IMG/VR virus record: IMGVR_UViG_3300021067_000001
Span: 1 to 64,000 of that record
Strand: one strand, 5' to 3'
Source: a virus
DNA length: 64,000 nt
This document shows, one piece after another, positions 60,173 to 64,000 of the stretch. Position numbers and translations under genes: made by a program. The stretch's first letter is position 1, and every line of letters begins with the position of its first letter. Under the pieces are notes generated by a model. It was given only the letters and a program-made list of their open reading frames with translations, was not told the DNA's origin and ran no database searches.

Positions 60173-60700
60173 ATGGATATCCTGTCTGATAGCAATTCAT
60201 TTGGACGCGAGTACGAACCTGTGTTCGTTCGGCGCAATGTTACTGGTAAGCCCAGTTTCAAGAACAAGCCATTCAGCAGATTCAAAAGCGAATTCACCAA
60301 CACTAACTTTTATGACGACTGTCACGAGATTTACCGCCAACTGCTTACTGCAGAACGGCGCACTCGTGACATCGACAAGCGTTTGCTGATTACGGGCAAT
60401 AGCCTTTCACAAGCCTTCGCTGAAATCCACCCAATCCTGCTCCGCGCGGGAAAGGTGGCTGATGCGCTGTATGAAGAGGCAGTGTTGGTTCCTGTGATTT
60501 GGCAGAGATTTGTTGATGGGAAGTATGCGCTTACTCCGATTTTGCGGGGATATTACACACTTGATCAAATTCAATATAGGCCATTGTTTATTCCGGGCGA
60601 GGCGCTGGAGACTGAGCGACCATTCATGACGCCCAGTGAGCGCAAGGAAGATGATGTTGTTCGGGCTGAACAAATTGCGTCAAGTCTTGAGGTGAGGTAG
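60173..60700 (+). CDS. hypothetical protein
   Basis: First gene after the 0.6-kb intergenic region; 175 aa. Confidence 0.55.
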   Translation: MDILSDSNSFGREYEPVFVRRNVTGKPSFKNKPFSRFKSEFTNTNFYDDCHEIYRQLLTAERRTRDIDKRLLITGNSLSQAFAEIHPILLRAGKVADALYEEAVLVPVIWQRFVDGKYALTPILRGYYTLDQIQYRPLFIPGEALETERPFMTPSERKEDDVVRAEQIASSLEVR

Positions 60701-60702
60701 TA

Positions 60703-60891
60703 GTGCGAATGGTTAAATCTATTGCAGGCATTTTGGCAATCGCAGCATTTTTGTTTCTAATGTATTTCGCTGTAAATGATGTGAGACGAGGGCAGCGAAG
60801 AACTAGTGCGAGGGTAATTGCTGAAGTTGTAGGAAGTTTGCTTGCATTGTTTCTGGGAATTGCTCTACTTGGCGAGGACGATGACGACTAA
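60703..60891 (+). CDS. small membrane protein
   Basis: GTG start. IAGILAIAAFLFLMYFAV and VVGSLLALFLGIALLG. Confidence 0.5.
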   Translation: MRMVKSIAGILAIAAFLFLMYFAVNDVRRGQRRTSARVIAEVVGSLLALFLGIALLGEDDDD

Positions 60892-61112
60892 TGTGGGTTG
60901 GCCAGAGAGACAAAATCTTTGTTCGCTGTGATTGCTGTAAGGCGGCAGAAGTGGTGATGCTGCGCAGAGAATTCACAGACGAAGAGTGGCAAGGCTTTGA
61001 GCCAGAAAAGGCTGTTTGGGAAAAGGCAGAGAAGCTACGCTGGACTGGTTGGCCCATGGACTCACGTTGCGGCAATTGTCCGCCATGGACGCCTTCTGGG
61101 CAATATCACTAG
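60891..61112 (+). CDS. small Cys-containing (zinc-ribbon-like) protein
   Basis: TAATG coupling. FVRCDCCKAAE...DSRCGNCPPW. Confidence 0.5.
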   Translation: MWVGQRDKIFVRCDCCKAAEVVMLRREFTDEEWQGFEPEKAVWEKAEKLRWTGWPMDSRCGNCPPWTPSGQYH

Positions 61113-61120
61113 GAGTTGTG

Positions 61121-61387
61121 ATGACGGGAATTCTGAACCCAAACATTGAACCTGGAGAAAGCGAGTACAGCCATGGAAAGGGAATTCTTGCTTCTCCAGC
61201 TCAACGAGCCCAGTACAGTGACCCCAATGATCCCGAAGGTCCTTGGGAGCCTGATGTTTATACTCAGGGCAAAGCCGCCATGCGCACTAACCCAGCTGAT
61301 CCTGCAGCTGTGGCTGACCCCACGTACACTACAGCTCCCGGCGAGCCAGCCAACTACAACCATGGATCAACTTGGGTCCGCGAATGA
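61121..61387 (+). CDS. hypothetical Pro/Asp-rich protein
   Basis: ATG 61121 with AGGAG RBS (the track opens at 61016). Confidence 0.5.
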   Translation: MTGILNPNIEPGESEYSHGKGILASPAQRAQYSDPNDPEGPWEPDVYTQGKAAMRTNPADPAAVADPTYTTAPGEPANYNHGSTWVRE

Positions 61388-61544
61388 ACTGTGTCCTAGC
61401 TGTGGCGCATTGACTCCTGTAGCGCGCGGGTGTCGTTCAATTTGGCATATGCGACGTTCACCAGGGAAATTTGAATTCTCAGTAAAGCAAGAAAGAAGCG
61501 CGCCAAATCTCTTTGATATGTGGAAGTCGGAAAAGGATGGTTGA
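61362..61544 (+). CDS. 60-aa protein with CPSCG motif
   Basis: ATG 61362 inside track ORF 61146..61544. MDQLGSANELCPSCGALTPVARGC... Confidence 0.4.
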   Translation: MDQLGSANELCPSCGALTPVARGCRSIWHMRRSPGKFEFSVKQERSAPNLFDMWKSEKDG

Positions 61545-61665
61545 AATACTTTTTCAGTCATTGATTACTTCATCTGCAATTACTTGCAGTATACTCACAG
61601 CATTCCTGCGAGAATGGCAGGGCGATGAAGAAGGCGAATGCAGTAACGGTGATCAGGTAGACTAG
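61537..61665 (+). CDS. 42-aa hypothetical protein
   Basis: ATG overlaps the upstream stop and is preceded by GGAAAAGG. MVEILFQSLITSSAITCSILTAFLREWQGDEEGECSNGDQVD. Confidence 0.35.
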   Translation: MVEILFQSLITSSAITCSILTAFLREWQGDEEGECSNGDQVD

Positions 61666-61699
61666 CTGGCAAAGGACGGGCGCAGACTTAGGGGACAAT

Positions 61700-62311
61700 A
61701 TGCTGATCCAGACACACGACCACCCATCGCTGAATGAGATGGACTGGGAAGACAACGAACTCGTCTCTGTGTATAATGGACAGCGCATTCCCACTGGCCG
61801 CAAATTTCGCAAGCGACGTTTGGGAGACGACCCTTGGGGTGACATCGACCCACCCAACACGAAGCTCAACCTGCTTTTACAGGGGCGCTTGAATCTTGCT
61901 GAACTTAGCAATGATGAAGTAAAGTATGGAATCCCACGTTGCGATGATGGGAAGTTCTCTGCCAAGGCTGCCTTTCAGGCCGCCAATCTTCCCAAGGCTG
62001 TACGTAACAGGCTCGCCAAAGAGTTGTATCGCCGCGCCAACCAGAAGATGGAAGGTGCGCTACTCGACTCTGTTGATTCAATCGTTGAGTTGGCTACCCA
62101 GCCTTGGGTCGATGACAACATTCGTTTTCAAGCGGCAAAATACATTTTCGAACGTTTGCAGGGAAAGACTCCGGAGCGCATCGTACACTCGCAGGAGGCT
62201 CCTTGGGAGATGGTATTCTCGAACATCCAAAGAGGGCCAAGGCCCGCGCGGGCAGAGCGACTTGAAGTTGAAGATGGTAATACACAAGACGCGGAAGTGG
62301 TAGATGACTGA
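61700..62311 (+). CDS. terminase small subunit-like protein (tentative)
   Basis: ...LDSVDSIVELATQPWVDDNIRFQAAKYIFERLQGKTPE resembles the C-terminal helix pair of small-terminase families. Lies upstream of TerL. Confidence 0.5.
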   Translation: MLIQTHDHPSLNEMDWEDNELVSVYNGQRIPTGRKFRKRRLGDDPWGDIDPPNTKLNLLLQGRLNLAELSNDEVKYGIPRCDDGKFSAKAAFQAANLPKAVRNRLAKELYRRANQKMEGALLDSVDSIVELATQPWVDDNIRFQAAKYIFERLQGKTPERIVHSQEAPWEMVFSNIQRGPRPARAERLEVEDGNTQDAEVVDD

Positions 62312-62622
62312 TGCAGACAATTTATAAGTATGAATTGGGAAGAAAGAATAACGCCGTCATCCCAGTTAATATGTTACATGGCGCTATTGTTTTGCATGTT
62401 GATTTCGATCCTGCTGTTGAGAAGTTTTGTGTCTGGGCAATTGTAGATACTGAAGAAGAGGCTACAGAGCAGCGGAAATTTTACATTGCAGATACAGGCA
62501 AAGACTTGTCTCGTGATTTGATGGGAACCGAGGAATTGCTCCAAATCAATAGTTTTGGATTCAACGATGGAATGCAATTTTGGTTCCACGGATTCGAGGT
62601 CGTATTTGCAGAGCCTGAGTAG
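62311..62622 (+). CDS. hypothetical protein
   Basis: TGATG coupling; 103 aa. Confidence 0.5.
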   Translation: MQTIYKYELGRKNNAVIPVNMLHGAIVLHVDFDPAVEKFCVWAIVDTEEEATEQRKFYIADTGKDLSRDLMGTEELLQINSFGFNDGMQFWFHGFEVVFAEPE

Positions 62623-62653
62623 GGTAGACTCGACCTCGAACGGGAGGTGCCAG

Positions 62654-62875
62654 ATGCCATTGTTTCAGAAGCCGGCGTATTACCCGCCAACTACTGCGGA
62701 TCGCGAGGCTGCCAGGGTACTCGCCATTAGGGTGCGAGTGCGCCAGCCAGTAGGCGGTGGCGCACCAAACCAGTTCCTTTCTGCAACTCCTGCTACAGCC
62801 GGAACTCGTATTGCTGGTGGAGCGAGCATTCGGGGCGGGTCTGTTGGCCCTACCAACAACGCGAAGTTCAAGTAA
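62654..62875 (+). CDS. hypothetical Gly/Ala/Pro-rich protein
   Basis: ATG 62654 with GGGAGGTG RBS (the track opens at 62555). Confidence 0.45.
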   Translation: MPLFQKPAYYPPTTADREAARVLAIRVRVRQPVGGGAPNQFLSATPATAGTRIAGGASIRGGSVGPTNNAKFK

Positions 62876-62910
62876 AGACTTCAGCAGTTAGCCGACGATG
62901 GCTGCTGGAG

Positions 62911-62941
62911 ATTCTGATCCTGCCGTGTTCTGGATCAGAAT
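62911..62941 (+). other. 10-bp stem-loop
   Basis: ATTCTGATCC-11 nt-GGATCAGAAT. Confidence 0.7.
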
Positions 62942-62979
62942 TGGTGTTCCTTCGGTGATTCAGTTGACCGCTGTGAGAT

Positions 62980-63010
62980 GGTCCCTGGACGGTCCCCCGG
63001 TCCAGGGACC
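62980..63010 (+). other. 11-bp GC-rich stem-loop
   Basis: GGTCCCTGGAC-ggtcccccg-GTCCAGGGACC. Confidence 0.75.
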
Positions 63011-63040
63011 GCAAGGGCGAGGTTGGATCCAGTTCCACTG

Positions 63041-63094
63041 CAGCAGAATTTAGATTCTGGGAACTATGCAGGTTCGATTCCTGCAAGCCCGCCA
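63041..63094 (+). other. tRNA 3'-half-like fragment (hairpin plus T arm plus acceptor 3' strand ending GCCA)
   Basis: CAGAAT-ttag-ATTCTG hairpin, then GCAGG-TTCGATT-CCTGC T arm, then AAGCCCGCCA. I found no complementary 5' acceptor strand upstream. Confidence 0.45.
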
Positions 63095-63181
63095 ACAAAT
63101 TTAATAGCATCCGATAAGTCTGGCTGCTCTTCGGTTCACTCGCCCGTTCACGATGTGTGCGCCGACGAAATCGGATACAAT

Positions 63182-63217
63182 GATCAACCCCGGCGCGTGA
63201 TCCCGCCGGGGTTGATC
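63182..63217 (+). promoter_or_regulatory. 14-bp perfect stem-loop immediately upstream of the TerL RBS
   Basis: GATCAACCCCGGCG-8 nt-CGCCGGGGTTGATC. It ends 5 nt before the AGGAGG of the terminase gene. Confidence 0.7.
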
Positions 63218-63232
63218 TGTACAGGAGGAAAT

Positions 63233-64000
63233 ATGACTGCGGCAGTTCCTTTGAGCGTCTGGGATGTGTATGACCAGATCGGGTACAAGCCGCATTCAGG
63301 CCAAGAAAAGATTTTGGCTAGTACTGCAAGACATCGAGTAGTTGCTGCTGGGCGACGCTTTGGCAAATCTGATGTTGGTGGACATGAACTTGTTCCAGAA
63401 GCTCTGTTTACCAGAGGATTGCGCCATACTCTGAAGGATGAGGGCAAGCGCCGCGAGTTTTGGATTGTTGGGCCAGAGTATTCCGATGCTGAAAAGGAAT
63501 TCCGCGTTGCCTGGAACGTCTTGAATAGACTTGAAGTTCCATTTGACAGGCCAGGCTCTTATAACAGTCCGCTCGATGGAAATATGCATATTTCTCTTTG
63601 GGATGGTACCTTTCAAATTCATGCGAAAAGCGCCAAGTATCCCGATACTCTTGTGGGCGAGGGTCTACATGGCGTTATCATGTCTGAGGCCGCAAAGATC
63701 AAAGAGCGCGTCTGGATCAAGCACATTCGACCCACTTTGAATGACTTTCGGGGTTGGTCAATTCACAGCTCGACACCCGAGGGCCGCAATTGGTTTTACG
63801 AGAATTACCAACGAGGCCAAGACCCTACTAAGCCAGATTGGGAAAGCTGGCGAATGCCAGCTTGGCGCAACCCTTATGTGTATCGATCTCCCACCAAGGA
63901 TCGCGATGTTGCGCTGTTGTTGGAAATGCTACGAGTGCAGCGTCGCTCAAGGACCTCCTGGCAACTTGTGCAGCGCTATGGTTTGCAGATCGATGAAGAG
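63233..64000 (+). CDS. terminase large subunit (5' part, runs off the window end)
   Basis: AGGAGG RBS. Walker A VVAAGRRFGKSD. Walker B-like LHGVIMSEA. The frame stays open to base 64000. Confidence 0.85.
   Translation, partial: MTAAVPLSVWDVYDQIGYKPHSGQEKILASTARHRVVAAGRRFGKSDVGGHELVPEALFTRGLRHTLKDEGKRREFWIVGPEYSDAEKEFRVAWNVLNRLEVPFDRPGSYNSPLDGNMHISLWDGTFQIHAKSAKYPDTLVGEGLHGVIMSEAAKIKERVWIKHIRPTLNDFRGWSIHSSTPEGRNWFYENYQRGQDPTKPDWESWRMPAWRNPYVYRSPTKDRDVALLLEMLRVQRRSRTSWQLVQRYGLQIDEE

Noticed and set aside
63041-63094. attP core for integration into a host tRNA gene. The same idea was considered for 26976-27039.
   Set aside because: I see no integrase or excisionase anywhere in the window, and the position between terminase genes is atypical for attP. 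It is kept only as a low-probability alternative in the findings.

Overview
The window is a contiguous, densely packed segment of a tailed-phage genome (siphovirus-type, with actinophage-like gene content). All convincing genes lie on the + strand, and many are translationally coupled through ATGA, TAATG or GTGA overlaps. Layout: (1) 1-23.2 kb holds the virion and lysis module: MuF-like head protein, scaffold, capsid, head-tail joining genes, FN3 major tail protein, chaperone pair, 1143-aa tape measure, tail tip proteins, a BNR-sialidase-like fibre, amidase endolysin and holin. (2) 23.2-24.5 kb is an exceptional 1.34-kb ORF-free GC-rich block. (3) 24.5-33.6 kb holds small early genes, partly in a much higher-GC island, with tRNA-Arg(UCU) and tRNA-like elements. 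(4) 33.7-59.5 kb is the recombination, replication and nucleotide-metabolism module: SNF2 helicase, Cas4-like nuclease, Sak4-like ATPase, SSB-like protein, an enzyme cluster suggestive of nucleotide or DNA modification, DnaE, MazG, dCMP deaminase, a ThyX-like protein, RuvC-like resolvase and primase-helicase. (5) 59.6-60.2 kb is an AT-rich intergenic region rich in repeats and palindromes. (6) The window ends with small late genes, a TerS-like gene, a structured spacer, and TerL truncated at the window end. I saw no integrase, repressor, transposase, rRNA or CRISPR array. The most unusual features are: the two ORF-free GC-rich regions (23.2-24.5 kb and 36.5-37.06 kb), each flanking one copy of a duplicated Ala/Lys-rich histone-tail-like gene; a shared CTAGaC-N17-TAAGGT promoter-like architecture; non-canonical T-arm-bearing RNA elements; and the enzyme cluster at 41.2-45.6 kb together with a ThyX variant. 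All functional calls rest on motif recognition and synteny by eye. No database search was run.
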